The notes: generated from the sequence alone by a model not told the origin. 64,000 bases of DNA from a bacterium (GCA_965213685.1 CBDBZY010000003.1:224001-288000); one strand, 5' to 3'; shown: positions 1 through 11,190, numbered from the stretch's first letter. Made by a program: numbers and translations.

Positions 1-77
1 CAGTGTTTCCGGAAGGCGGTATCGATGGGAGGCGCCGCTATGCCGGTCGCATGAATCACGCCGATGCAGGCAGACAT
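1..77 (-). CDS. 5' end of a probable Asp/Glu/hydantoin racemase-like protein (runs off the window start)
   Basis: Minus-strand ATG at 77 gives MSACIGVIHATGIAAPPIDTAFRKH; the IHAT...PI..AF N-terminus resembles this family; only about 25 codons are visible. Confidence 0.4.
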   Translation of the reverse strand, partial: MSACIGVIHATGIAAPPIDTAFRKH

Positions 78-282
78 GGTTTCGGCCAAAATCCTCTATC
101 TAGAACAGAAAAAAATATCGAACAGAAAAAATACCTGGCTGACGGACGGCGACGCCAGGAAAAAGGAGGCTGGGGGTGGCAAGCCGCACCCCGCCCGAAG
201 GCCCCTCCCCCCGCGCCATGGCGGGCGGCGAACGGAGCGCTGCGCGCGCGTGACGCCTCCCGCGCCGCTTCTTCTCGGTTCG

Positions 283-2052
283 CTATTTCGGCGGCACCAA
301 CGGCAGCATGATGTAGGAGGGATGCCGGGGTCCGCAGTGCAGCGTCACGTCCCCGGAGAAAATCTCCTCCGGCCTGTCGGTCGGGTCGTCATGCAGGAAT
401 GGCCCGCAGCCCCGGAACACGTTTTTCATGTTCGAGAGCCTGTGCGTCGTGGCGCAGCTGTATTCATAGTCCTTGCCCCGCACGCTGAGAGCGAGCCGAT
501 AGCCGGGAGGCACCACGATGCAGGTGGGCCAGACCTCGACGTCGAGTTCGTATATCTCCCCGGGGGTGAGGGGCTGCTTCTCGTCGTGTGCCTGGTATGG
601 CTTCCACTCGGTCGACAGCTCGGGAACGAGCTTTCTGTGCGACGCCCTGAGCCAGCCCTGGGCGATGGGCGTGTTGGGGTCGAGCGTGCCCTGGAAGGTG
701 ATCTCCTTCATGTCGGGCGTGAAGAGGCGCACCACCAAAAACAAGTCCGCGTCGGCCGTCTCCGATGACACGAAGAGCTTGGACGCGATGGGGCCGGTGA
801 TCTCCGTCTCGGCGTCGAAGGGCGGCAGCATGAAGGTGACGCCCTCGCCCATGCCTCCGTAGGCGATGGATTGCGCAACGTCGGCGGGCGCGGCGTCCAG
901 GCTCATGTGGTGCGGGTTCAGATAAAACTTCGTCCATCGCGTGCGCGCGAGCGGCCACTCGTTCTCGGTGCGGTTGATGAATTTTTCTCCCACGTGGCGC
1001 ACCTTGAGCATCACGGGCGGCCTCTCCTTCCATCCGTTGTCCGCCCCCTTGAGGTAGTGGCCGAAAAACTGCTTCTGGAGATTCTCCCCGTAGGGAGTAT
1101 AAAACTCCGTCCAGTGCTCGAATCCGTGGACTTCCAGCCATTTCTCTTTGGAGGCGGCGCGCATGAAGCCCTCGTAGTTTCCCCTGGGGTGCAGTCCCTG
1201 CCCGCCCCAGCTCGCCGCCGAGAGGAAGGGCGTTTCGATCTTCTCCCAATGGGCGGAACGCTGGCGATGCCAGTCGTCATCGAGTGCGTGCTCCAGAATC
1301 TCTCCCCCGTAATCGGAGCGGTTTTTCGCCAGCGCCTCCGCACTCAAGGTCTCGGGGCCGCAGACCAGGCCGCCGTGCACGCGGCTTTTCGGGCCGTTCT
1401 CCCCCAGCCCGTGCTGCACGGTCTTCACCTGCATGTCGTACCAGTTGGCCAGGAACGTGGTGAGGATTCCTCCCTGGTGGCTCATGTCGCGGTAGAAGTC
1501 GGCGGCCCCCTCCCAGACGCACATCGCCGCCAGGTGCCTGGGTCGGAGGCCCGCCACGTGCCATTGATTGATGGCGTAGTAGGAGATGCCCGTCAGCCCC
1601 ACCTTGCCGTTGCACCAGGGCTGCGCGCCCGCCCAGTCGATGCAGATGGCGAAATCCCGCGTCTCGCGCATGGAGAAGTGGTCGATATAGCCTGGCGAGC
1701 GGCCCGCCCCCCTGGAATCCACGCGGACGCAGATGTAGCCGTCCGGCACCCATTTCTCCGGGTCCACGACCTCCCAGCTCTGGTGCGCGTTCGAGGAGCC
1801 GGCGATGGCGTCGGGATGCGCGGCGGAGAACAGCTCCCACGCCGTCTCGTAGCCGTCCTGCCAGGCGAGGTCTTTCGCGTAGGGGCCATAGCTCAGGATG
1901 ACCGGGTATCGCCCGCCGTCGTCGGGTCGATAGACGTTCGCCCGCAGCACCAGGCCATCGTCCATCCGGACGGGGACGTCCCATTCGATCAGAAAGCCGT
2001 CGCGCCTCTCGCTGCGGTATTGCGGGTCCGCGCCCAAATCCGTATCGCTCAT
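283..2052 (-). CDS. CocE/NonD family serine hydrolase (peptidase S15)
   Basis: 589 aa; YPVILSYGPY, VRVDSRG, nucleophile motif GISYY, PepX-like C-terminal domain. Confidence 0.92.
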   Translation of the reverse strand: MSDTDLGADPQYRSERRDGFLIEWDVPVRMDDGLVLRANVYRPDDGGRYPVILSYGPYAKDLAWQDGYETAWELFSAAHPDAIAGSSNAHQSWEVVDPEKWVPDGYICVRVDSRGAGRSPGYIDHFSMRETRDFAICIDWAGAQPWCNGKVGLTGISYYAINQWHVAGLRPRHLAAMCVWEGAADFYRDMSHQGGILTTFLANWYDMQVKTVQHGLGENGPKSRVHGGLVCGPETLSAEALAKNRSDYGGEILEHALDDDWHRQRSAHWEKIETPFLSAASWGGQGLHPRGNYEGFMRAASKEKWLEVHGFEHWTEFYTPYGENLQKQFFGHYLKGADNGWKERPPVMLKVRHVGEKFINRTENEWPLARTRWTKFYLNPHHMSLDAAPADVAQSIAYGGMGEGVTFMLPPFDAETEITGPIASKLFVSSETADADLFLVVRLFTPDMKEITFQGTLDPNTPIAQGWLRASHRKLVPELSTEWKPYQAHDEKQPLTPGEIYELDVEVWPTCIVVPPGYRLALSVRGKDYEYSCATTHRLSNMKNVFRGCGPFLHDDPTDRPEEIFSGDVTLHCGPRHPSYIMLPLVPPK

Positions 2053-2120
2053 CGCTCCCTCATGCGGTCAAGGTGGAAACAAGACGCCCCCAATGGGCCG
2101 CACTGCCGGTTCGTCTTCCT

Positions 2121-3878
2121 CTATTTCTCTGGAATCACCGGAAGCATCAGGTAGGCTCCGTGCTCCCCGCCGCAGTGGAGGGTGACGTTCTTCCCAAACA
2201 CGTCGGCCGGCCTGTCCCTGGGGTCGTTGTGAATGAAGCAGCCGCAACCGGTGAACTCGTTTTTCATGTTGGAGAGGCCAGCCCCCGTCGTCCCGCCCGG
2301 GTAGGTGTAGTCCTTGCCGCGCACGGTGAAGGCGACCCGGTGGCCCTGCGGAATCACGATGCAGGTCGGCCATATCTCGACGTCCAGCGCATAGACCGCC
2401 CCCGGCGTCAACGGCTGCTCCTCGTCATGCGTGTGATAGGGCCTGTAGGGGAGAGATTTCTCCGCGTCGAGCTTTCTGTGCGACGCCCGGAGCCAGCCTT
2501 GCGCGATGGGGGTGTGCGGGTCGAGCGCGCCCTGGAAGACGACTTCTTCCATGTTCGGGGAGAACACGCGGACGACCAGGAAAAGGTCGGCGTCGGTCGT
2601 CTCCGAGGACACGAAGAGTTTAGCCGCGATGGGGCCGGTGACCTCCGTCTCCCGGGAGATGGGCGGCGTGAGGAAGGTGACGCCCTCGCTGAAGCCGGCG
2701 TAGGTGGCGGTCGCCGCCTCCTGCACCGGGCCGTTCTCCAGCGCGTGCGTCCGCGCGTTGAGGTAATACTTGGTCCATTGCGTTCGCGCCAGGGGCCATT
2801 CGCTCTCCTGGCGCTCGACGAAGCGCTCCCCGGGGTGGCGAACCTGGAGCAGCACCCTGGGCTGCTCCCCCCAGCCGGTGTCCTCCCCCTTGAGGTAGTG
2901 GCCAAAGAACCTCTTCTGCAGGTTGACGCCGTAGTCGGTGTAAAACTCCGTCCAGTGCTCGATGCCGTGAACCTCGAGCCACTTCTCCTCGCACCCCGTC
3001 TCCAGAAAGCCCTCGAAGTTTCCGCGGGGGTGGAGGCCCTGCCCGCCCCAGTTGGCGGAGGAGAGGAGCGGCACCTCTATCTTCTGGAAGTCGGGCATTC
3101 TCGATTGCCAGTAATCGTCCGTGTCGAGTTTGTGGGAGAAGCAATCCTCCCCGAAATCGTGGCGGTTCGCCCCGAGCTCCTCCTCGGTGAGCGTGGGGGG
3201 GCCGGACACCCAGTCGCCCGTGAACCGGCTTCTGAATCCGCGCTTGCCGCGCCCGTGCTGGACGCTGTAGACCTGCATCTCGGGCCAGTTGCGCGCGAAG
3301 CCGTTGCAGAAGATGCCGCCGTGGTGGGCCATCTCGCGGTAGAAGTCCGCAGCCCCCTCCCAGACGCACATGGCGGCGAGATGCGGCGGCCGGAGCGCGC
3401 CCACCTGCCACTGGTTCATGCCGTAGTAGGAGATGCCGTTCAGTCCGATCTTCCCCGTGCTCCAGGGCTGAACGGCCGCCCATTCAATGCACTGGTAGAA
3501 GTCCTGCGCCTCGCGCGCCGACCAGATGTCGATGACGCCGGGCGAGCGGCCCGCCCCGCGCGAATCCACGCGAATGACGACGTAGCCGTCCGGCACCCAC
3601 TTCTCCGGGTCGACGACCTCCCAGTTCTGGTATTTGTTGGTGGAGCCGGCGGGGACGTCGGGGTGCTCCTCGACCATGCGCGTCCAGCAGGTCTCATACA
3701 GGTCTTCAAAGTGCAGGTATTTGCCGTAGGGGCCGTATGTCATGATGACGGGGTATTTCCTCCCCTCATCCTGCGGCCGGTAGACATCGCACCGCAGGAC
3801 GACGCCGTCCTCCATGGGGATGGGCACGTCCCAGTCGATGCGCATCCCGTCCCTGTCGTCCGTCCTGAAGTCGTTCAT
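2121..3878 (-). CDS. CocE/NonD family serine hydrolase, tandem paralogue
   Basis: Same motifs (YGPY, VDSRG, GISYY); start moved to ATG 3878, which follows a GAGGGAG RBS. Confidence 0.92.
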   Translation of the reverse strand: MNDFRTDDRDGMRIDWDVPIPMEDGVVLRCDVYRPQDEGRKYPVIMTYGPYGKYLHFEDLYETCWTRMVEEHPDVPAGSTNKYQNWEVVDPEKWVPDGYVVIRVDSRGAGRSPGVIDIWSAREAQDFYQCIEWAAVQPWSTGKIGLNGISYYGMNQWQVGALRPPHLAAMCVWEGAADFYREMAHHGGIFCNGFARNWPEMQVYSVQHGRGKRGFRSRFTGDWVSGPPTLTEEELGANRHDFGEDCFSHKLDTDDYWQSRMPDFQKIEVPLLSSANWGGQGLHPRGNFEGFLETGCEEKWLEVHGIEHWTEFYTDYGVNLQKRFFGHYLKGEDTGWGEQPRVLLQVRHPGERFVERQESEWPLARTQWTKYYLNARTHALENGPVQEAATATYAGFSEGVTFLTPPISRETEVTGPIAAKLFVSSETTDADLFLVVRVFSPNMEEVVFQGALDPHTPIAQGWLRASHRKLDAEKSLPYRPYHTHDEEQPLTPGAVYALDVEIWPTCIVIPQGHRVAFTVRGKDYTYPGGTTGAGLSNMKNEFTGCGCFIHNDPRDRPADVFGKNVTLHCGGEHGAYLMLPVIPEK

Positions 3879-4063
3879 TCGCTCTCCCTCAATCATCCGC
3901 AACGCGCTTTGCCCGGGCGGTGCGGGCGGTCGCCATGAAAGGCCATGTTATTGTCGCGTCAATGAGCGAGGCGATTATACCGGGTTTGCGCCCCCTGATC
4001 CAGGCGGGCGGCGCGTTCCGCGCCCGTTTTTCCCTGGCCGGGCGATGGGAGGAGAGAGACGCC

Positions 4064-5101
4064 TTATGATGAATCCGTGCGATAGGCCCGCGTGATCGCC
4101 TGGCTCGACGTGTTCCAGCCCGGAATGGCCAGGCAGGAGGGCCCGGGGACGCCGCCGGCGACGAGGAGCAGGATGTCATCCGCCTCATGCACCATCGGGG
4201 CGAGGGAATCGTCGTCCGCGTGGTCCACCCAGTCCGGCCAGCGCGACAGCCCGGGGCCCCGGTAGCGCCCGCCCTTTTTGAGGATGCCCACCGGCATTCT
4301 CGCCCGCTCGAACAGCTCCTGCTTGACGTCCGCCCGGCCCATGCCCCCCCTGGCGAGGATGTCGGCGTGGTCGGGGCCGACCACGATGACCCAGTTCGTC
4401 CGGGTGTAGGCGGTCGTGGCGCCCATGGAGCACATCGTGTTGGCCAGGGTGGTGAGGACGCCTTCGGGGGCTGCGCTCACGTCGTCCATGGACATGCGCG
4501 GGGCCTCCGCGTTGCAGACCGTGATGACGTCCTCGCCACCCTGGAAGCCGAAGTCGGTCGGCAGCGGCTCCCAGGGGCTTTGCTCTTCGTTCTCCCGGAC
4601 GCAGTAGGTGAATTTGGAGGGACTGCCGAAGGTGCTCATGTCGGAGACGCCCGGGAGGCCGCCCCCCGTGTTCATCATGATGAGCCGTATCGCCCGGCCG
4701 ATGGTGGCGTTCGCCCGAAAGCCGGGGCCGAAGCATCCCGAGCCTGCGCGCACGCCGATTTCTCGCGCATACGGCCCGTTGAGGATCAGGAGGGGGCCGC
4801 CGGTGAACATGGTGGCCTGAATGCCCACGAGGTTGAAGCACTCGACGAGCATGGCCTCGAGCGCGCCCAGCACCACGGGCAGGTATTCCGGCCTGCAGCC
4901 CGCCATCAGGGCGTGAAGGGCGACGCTCTCCACCGTCGCCCGGTTCATCGAGGGCGGAACCTCGCCCAGAACCTCTCCGGGTGCCCGGTCCGCGCCGTCC
5001 AGCATCCAGGCGAGGCGATCGGGCGTGGGCGTCACCACGGGAAGCCCGTCCGACCAGGGCATATCGAAGAAATGCTCAAAAGGGTCTGTCGTCTCGTCCA
5101 T
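4064..5101 (-). CDS. Conserved hypothetical protein of the 'W-S/T-DGLPVVxPT ... RANATIGRA' family (usually the partner of UGSC/thioredoxin-like proteins)
   Basis: 345 aa; WSDGLPVVTPT, AxMAGCRPEY, GPGFRANATIGRAIRL motifs. Confidence 0.7.
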   Translation of the reverse strand: MDETTDPFEHFFDMPWSDGLPVVTPTPDRLAWMLDGADRAPGEVLGEVPPSMNRATVESVALHALMAGCRPEYLPVVLGALEAMLVECFNLVGIQATMFTGGPLLILNGPYAREIGVRAGSGCFGPGFRANATIGRAIRLIMMNTGGGLPGVSDMSTFGSPSKFTYCVRENEEQSPWEPLPTDFGFQGGEDVITVCNAEAPRMSMDDVSAAPEGVLTTLANTMCSMGATTAYTRTNWVIVVGPDHADILARGGMGRADVKQELFERARMPVGILKKGGRYRGPGLSRWPDWVDHADDDSLAPMVHEADDILLLVAGGVPGPSCLAIPGWNTSSQAITRAYRTDSS

Positions 5102-5110
5102 GGCTCGTCC

Positions 5111-6004
5111 TCACAGGGAAAGGCCGTAAAAACGCTTCGCGTTCTCGAAGGAGACCCTGCGAATCGTCTCGTCCGGGAGGCCGGCGTTTCGCATGGCGCG
5201 CAGCGTTTTCGGAACCGAGAGGATGTCGATGGGCCGATAGCCCAGATGGTCGGAGTTGAGCATGATTCGCTCCGGACCAAAGGTTTTCACCCACGCGATG
5301 ACCTCGGCGGGCTGGATGGGGCGGAGCGCACTGCCGATGCTGATGGCGCACATCGCCCGCGTGTTCCGATGGATGTAGTCGATGGTCGTGCCGTCGGTGT
5401 GATCGACCGCGACGCGGGCTTCGTCAAAGCCGGCCCGCCCGAGCACCTCCAGGTCTTCTTGCAGGTAATGCAGGCGAATGCGCTCTGGCGCGACGCCCTC
5501 CCGCACAGCGACTTTTCCCAGAAAATCCTCGCTTCTCTTCGGCGTGGGCGTGTGCAGGATGATGGGCTTGCCGTGCGCTTGGGCGATCCGTGCCTGCGCC
5601 TCCAGGCAGGCGGCCTGCTCATCCATCGCCCACGCGAGGGAGAAATATTGCGTGGGGTCGAGGCCGACCTCGCCGAGGGCGACGACGTGCGGGTCCTCCA
5701 GGAAGCCTGCGAGTTCGGGCAGCAACTTTTCCCAGTCGCGAACTCTCGTCATCGAGCTGATGCCGACAGCACAGCGGATGTGGATGAAATGCTGCGCCTC
5801 CGAGGCCTGGGCCATCGCGACGGGCCCCTCCCAGAAGCGCATCAGGTCATCAAAGCCCGGCGCCTCGTCCCATACCTCGCGATAGAGGTGGGGGTTGCCG
5901 CAGGAGAGCACGGCCGCGCACATGCCAGTGGTGCCCAGAAGCTCCCAATCGTCCCAGCTCAAGGCGTGCATGTGGTTGTGGCTGTCGATGTATTCGCCGA
6001 ACAT
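5111..6004 (-). CDS. TatD-related metal-dependent hydrolase
   Basis: IDSHNH, ALGEVGLD, ILHTP, VDH, LNSD and ENAKRFYG motifs. Confidence 0.85.
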   Translation of the reverse strand: MFGEYIDSHNHMHALSWDDWELLGTTGMCAAVLSCGNPHLYREVWDEAPGFDDLMRFWEGPVAMAQASEAQHFIHIRCAVGISSMTRVRDWEKLLPELAGFLEDPHVVALGEVGLDPTQYFSLAWAMDEQAACLEAQARIAQAHGKPIILHTPTPKRSEDFLGKVAVREGVAPERIRLHYLQEDLEVLGRAGFDEARVAVDHTDGTTIDYIHRNTRAMCAISIGSALRPIQPAEVIAWVKTFGPERIMLNSDHLGYRPIDILSVPKTLRAMRNAGLPDETIRRVSFENAKRFYGLSL

Positions 6005-6039
6005 CGCGCGCCCTCCCGTCCGCCGCTTGGCGGCTTGCC

Positions 6040-6115
6040 TGGTGCGCGTGGCAGGAGTCGAACCTGCGACTTCCTGCTCCGGAGGCAGGCGCTCTATCCT
6101 CTGAGCTACACGCGC
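6040..6115 (-). tRNA. tRNA-Arg (anticodon CCG)
   Basis: Reverse complement GCGCGTGTAGCTCAG-AGGATAGAGCG-CCTGC-CTCCGGA-GCAGG...GGTTCGACTCC...CACGCGC-A-CCA; 76-nt cloverleaf with encoded CCA. Confidence 0.97.
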
Positions 6116-6140
6116 ATTTCAGGAGTCGGTGGCCTCAGCC

Positions 6141-6380
6141 CTAGAGCCTGGAGTGGGAGCCGTCGCACATGGGCGCGTTGCCCGTCTGCTTGCAGCCGCA
6201 AAAGGCGCAGGTTTTTCCCGCCTGAACATCGACCACGACGGGGCGGAAACCCGAGCCTTTGTGCGAGCCGTCGCAAAAAGGCTGCGATTCGCTGAGACCG
6301 CATGCGCACCATGCGACTTTTCCGTCCTTCTCCGGCGTGTGGATGTATGGCGATTTTTGGGCCACGCGGGGGTCGGCCAT
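6141..6380 (-). CDS. CDGSH iron-sulfur domain protein (two CDGSH motifs)
   Basis: WCACGLSESQPFCDGSH and FCGCKQTGNAPMCDGSH; AAGGAG RBS before ATG 6380. Confidence 0.93.
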   Translation of the reverse strand: MADPRVAQKSPYIHTPEKDGKVAWCACGLSESQPFCDGSHKGSGFRPVVVDVQAGKTCAFCGCKQTGNAPMCDGSHSRL

Positions 6381-6546
6381 CAATTCGTTCTCCTTCTCTC
6401 TCTCCAGCATGATAGGCGATGTGGACACCATCCGCTATTCTATCCGGAATCGGCGTCCTTGAAAAGAATGGCACGGGCACAACGGCGACGGGTGCCGCGC
6501 GCCCAAGAGGCGAGACGCCTGTCCGTGAAGACGAAACGGAGGCCAC

Positions 6547-7170
6547 ATGTCCGCATCCCCGCCCGCCCGCGTCCTGCGCGTGCTGGAGAAAGCCTACCCC
6601 GATGCGCGATGCGCGCTACGCTACCGGAATCCGCTGGAGCTGCTGGTGGCGACGATGCTCTCTGCCCAGTGCACGGATGAGCGGGTGAACGGGGTCACCC
6701 CCGCCCTGTTCGCCCGGTATCCGGACGCCGCTGCGTATGCGGCGGCGGCCCCCGGGGAGCTGGAGGAGCGCATCCACTCTTGCGGGTTCTACCGCCAGAA
6801 GGCGAAGGCCATTCGCGCGTGCTGCGGCCGCATTGCGGAGGAGTTCGGCGGCGAGGTGCCGACCCGCATGGATGATCTGATCACGCTGCCCGGCGTCGGT
6901 CGGAAGACGGCCAACGTCCTCAGGAACGAGGCCTATGGCCAGCCTGCGATCGCCGTGGATACGCACGTCTTGCGCACCGCCGGCCGACTGGGCTGGATAT
7001 CCACGAAAGACGCGGTGAAAGCCGAGTTTCAGCTCATGGACGCGGTACCGGAGAAGTGGTGGGGCCGCGTCACGCTGCTGTTGATCCATCACGGCAGGAA
7101 TTGCTGTGCTGCGCGGAGTCCCCGCTGCGCGGATTGCCCGCATGCGCAGGGGCTGGTTTTCGCCGGGTGA
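6547..7170 (+). CDS. nth: Endonuclease III
   Basis: LSAQCTD, HhH motif LPGVGRKTANV, AVDTHV, partial C-terminal Fe-S loop. Confidence 0.92.
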   Translation: MSASPPARVLRVLEKAYPDARCALRYRNPLELLVATMLSAQCTDERVNGVTPALFARYPDAAAYAAAAPGELEERIHSCGFYRQKAKAIRACCGRIAEEFGGEVPTRMDDLITLPGVGRKTANVLRNEAYGQPAIAVDTHVLRTAGRLGWISTKDAVKAEFQLMDAVPEKWWGRVTLLLIHHGRNCCAARSPRCADCPHAQGLVFAG

Positions 7171-7210
7171 GACCCGGCGTCTTTCGCCGTCCCGTCCGGC
7201 GGATCGTCGG

Positions 7211-7248
7211 CACGCGACTGGACAAGAGGTTTCGCGTGTCTTTATAAT
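7211..7248 (+). promoter_or_regulatory. Sigma70-like promoter with an overlapping palindromic operator
   Basis: TGGACA (7219) N18 TATAAT (7243); inverted repeat CACGCGA...TCGCGTG (7211-7238) flanks the -35 element. Confidence 0.5.
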
Positions 7249-7305
7249 GAGGCCTCTGTCCACTTGTCTCGCTCGACGCGGAAGCCCGCAACCTGGAGGA
7301 CGCCC

Positions 7306-8304
<999 letters not shown>

Positions 8305-8531
8305 CCAGCCGCCCGCCTCCCCCCTGCAGGCCGCATGGAATCATTTCCTTCCCTCCTCTTGGAAAAGATGTCGGTTTTGGGATATAGTCGCCTACTTGTG
8401 GAAGCAATCATCCGCACGGATTGACCTGAATCTGAATGAGCGTAGTGGACGGCCGGAACCCGTATGGACTCCATTGCGGAAGCGTTTCTACGGGGCCGAA
8501 GCGACTACATGGGAAGAAAGGAAACTCGGTT

Positions 8532-9677
8532 ATGTCTCTGATTCGCATCGCCATCGCTGGCGTCGGGAACTGCGCGAGCTCTCTGCTCCAGGGCATTGAG
8601 TACTACCGCCACCATCCAGAAGAAGAGTCGGGCCTCATGCACCGGAATCTGGGTGGCTACGCACCGGAGGACGTCCAGGTCGTGGCCGCTTTCGACGTCG
8701 ACGTCCGCAAGGTGGGCCAGCCGCTGCACGTCGCCGCCTTCGCCAGGCCCAACTGCACGAAGACGATTTGGGAGAACCTGCCCAACTACGGCGTGAACGT
8801 TCGGATGGGGCCCATCCTGGACGGGGTGGCTTCCCACATGGCGGAATACCCCTCAGATCGCTCCTTTCTGCCCGCCGAGACCGAAGCCTGCGACGTGGCG
8901 GCCGAGTTGCGCGAGAGCGGCGCGGAAATCCTCCTGAACTTCACGCCGGTGGGCTCGGAACAGGCGGCGCGTCATTATGCCGAGGCGGCCCTGGAGGCGG
9001 GCGTCTCCTTCGTCAACTGCATGCCCGTCTTCATCGTCTCGAACCCCGGGCTCGCAAGCCGCTTCACCGAGGCGGGCATCCCCGTGGTGGGCGACGACGT
9101 GAAGGCGCAGTTCGGCGCCACCATACTGCATCGCGCGCTCGCGAAGCTGTGCGTGGACCGGGGCGTGCAGATCAAGCGCACCTATCAGCTGAACACGGGC
9201 GGGAACACCGATTTTCTGAACATGCTGGAGCGATCCCGCCTCAAATCGAAGAAAATATCGAAAACCGACGCCGTGCAAAGCCAGCTGCCCGAGCCCCTGA
9301 ACGCGGACAACATTCACATCGGTCCGTCCGACTACGTGCCCTGGCAGGAGGACAACAAGATATGCTTCCTGCGAATCGAGGCGGAGGGTTTCGGCGGCGT
9401 GCCCCTGGAGATCGAGGCGCGCCTCTCGGTGGAGGACTCCCCCAATTCTGGGGGCGTCGTCATCGACGCCGTTCGCCTGACGCGCGTCGCGCGCGACCGG
9501 GGCGAGGCGGGGCCGCTCTACCCGGTCAGCGCCTACCTGATGAAGCATCCGCCGGTGCAGATGCCCGATTCCGTCGCGCGCCAGATGATCGATGAGTTCA
9601 TCGCGGGCGATCTGCGCGCGAGCGATCACGTCGAGTGCAACGGAAACGGCCTGCCCGCCAGATACGATCACAAGTAG
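8532..9677 (+). CDS. ino1: myo-inositol-1-phosphate synthase
   Basis: IAIAGVGNCASSL, GDDVKAQFGAT, YQLNTGGNTDFLNM, EDSPNSGG. Confidence 0.95.
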   Translation: MSLIRIAIAGVGNCASSLLQGIEYYRHHPEEESGLMHRNLGGYAPEDVQVVAAFDVDVRKVGQPLHVAAFARPNCTKTIWENLPNYGVNVRMGPILDGVASHMAEYPSDRSFLPAETEACDVAAELRESGAEILLNFTPVGSEQAARHYAEAALEAGVSFVNCMPVFIVSNPGLASRFTEAGIPVVGDDVKAQFGATILHRALAKLCVDRGVQIKRTYQLNTGGNTDFLNMLERSRLKSKKISKTDAVQSQLPEPLNADNIHIGPSDYVPWQEDNKICFLRIEAEGFGGVPLEIEARLSVEDSPNSGGVVIDAVRLTRVARDRGEAGPLYPVSAYLMKHPPVQMPDSVARQMIDEFIAGDLRASDHVECNGNGLPARYDHK

Positions 9678-9754
9678 GCGCCCCGGCTTCGGGGCCTGCT
9701 CGCGTCCCGCGCCCCGGCTTCCGCCGCCTGCCTGCCTGGAGAGCGCGCCGCCTC

Positions 9755-10165
9755 TCATCCGCCGCCGCAGGTTTCTCCCGCGCGCTCTGAAATCTCGATG
9801 CGAACCCCCTCCGGACCGCGGATGTAGGCTGTCGTTCGGCCCCCCATGCCCGAGGGCCCCGGCTCCCGGATGAAGTCCGCCCCGGCCGCCTTCAGCCGCC
9901 CCGCCAATTCGTGGACGTCGGCGGCGGCGAACGAGAAGTGGTCGAGGCCCATGACGGCGTCCGGGTGGTTTTCTCCCGTCGCCTCGCCCGGCCGCACCCC
10001 CCGGAGGAAGAGCCTGGCGCAGCCTACGCGGACGACGGCGTTGGGTGCCCCGTGGAAGTTTTCCTCCCGGTAGACGACCTCGCCGTCAAAGACGCTCTCA
10101 AAGTAGGCGACCATCGCCTCCAGGTCCCGGCAGATGATGTGCACGTGATCGAAGGACAGGCGCAT
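9755..10165 (-). CDS. VOC/glyoxalase family protein
   Basis: FDHVHI, GLDHFSF, YIRGPEGVRIEI. Confidence 0.88.
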   Translation of the reverse strand: MRLSFDHVHIICRDLEAMVAYFESVFDGEVVYREENFHGAPNAVVRVGCARLFLRGVRPGEATGENHPDAVMGLDHFSFAAADVHELAGRLKAAGADFIREPGPSGMGGRTTAYIRGPEGVRIEISERAGETCGGG

Positions 10166-10287
10166 GGGCGTTCTCCTTTTTTTCCGGGCCCGGGCGTCAC
10201 GTTCGGGGGCGGGTTCGTTTCGCCCGGGCGGGTCGCGTGGTGAAACGCTCCTCCCAGTGTAGAATACACCGAAAAAAGGAGACGGCC

Positions 10288-11190
10288 ATGCGCGGAATGC
10301 AAAAGGTGCCCGCGAGATGGAAGACGGGGTTGCGCCGCGTGGCGCGCGGTGCCTACGCCTACGTCCAGGCGGGCGGGCTGAACGTGTCGAACGCCGGCCT
10401 CGTCGTGGGGGACGCCGAAGCCCTCGTCGTCGACGCGCTGTATGTGCGGTCGATGACGCAGGCCTTTCAGCTGGCGATTCAGAAAGCGACAAAAAAGCCG
10501 GTGCGGAAAATCGTCTGCACCCACCACCATGCGGATCACACCCTGGGGCTCGCCTGGTTTGATCGGAACATCCCCGTCATCGCCCACCGACGCATGCGCG
10601 AGCGGATGGAGGAAACCGGGCTCGACCTCGCCCACTACCGGAGCGTGAACCCCGAGTGGGCCGGGGAGCTCAAAGGACTCAGGCAGCACCTCCCCACCAT
10701 CACCTACGAGGGGGGGATGACGCTGCACTTGGGCGGGCGCGCCGTGGAGCTGCACCATCTGGGACATGCGCATTCAAAGGGCGACACCATCGTCTATCTG
10801 CCTGCGGAGCGGGTGCTCTACACGGGCGACGTCTGCTTTCATTTCGTGACGCCCGCCACGTTTGACGGCCACGTCGGCGGGTGGATTCGAATCGCCGAGA
10901 GAATCCTGAAATCCTTTCCCGTCGAGGTCATCGTTCCCGGTCACGGGCCGCCGGGGGACAGGCGGGCGCTCCAGGAGACCTTGGGCTACCTCCGGCTGGT
11001 GCGCCGGGAGGCGAAGAAGCGCTTCGAGAGGGGGATGCCCGCCGGGCGCGCCGCGCGGGAGATTCCCCTGGGCGGGTATGCGGGCTGGATGAAGCCGGAC
11101 CGCGTGGAGCAGGCGGTGATGAAGCTCTACAACGAGTTCCGGGGCAAGGGCGAGGAGGGCATATCCCTTCACGCCGCCCGGGGCGGGTGA
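10288..11190 (+). CDS. MBL-fold metallo-hydrolase (cyclase-like)
   Basis: SNAGLV, THHHADHTLG, AHSKGD, TGD, VPGHG. Confidence 0.9.
   Translation: MRGMQKVPARWKTGLRRVARGAYAYVQAGGLNVSNAGLVVGDAEALVVDALYVRSMTQAFQLAIQKATKKPVRKIVCTHHHADHTLGLAWFDRNIPVIAHRRMRERMEETGLDLAHYRSVNPEWAGELKGLRQHLPTITYEGGMTLHLGGRAVELHHLGHAHSKGDTIVYLPAERVLYTGDVCFHFVTPATFDGHVGGWIRIAERILKSFPVEVIVPGHGPPGDRRALQETLGYLRLVRREAKKRFERGMPAGRAAREIPLGGYAGWMKPDRVEQAVMKLYNEFRGKGEEGISLHAARGG

Noticed and set aside
6040-6115. tRNA-Arg as an island attachment site
   Set aside because: I saw no duplicate of its 3' end and no integrase in the window.
7100-7170. Nth lacking the fourth Cys of its Fe-S motif
   Set aside because: It coincides with a G-run at the gene end and is probably an indel or base-call error.
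8480-8510. GTTTCTAC...GACTAC resembling a purine riboswitch
   Set aside because: The P2/P3 loop motifs and spacing do not fit, and the downstream gene is not purine related.
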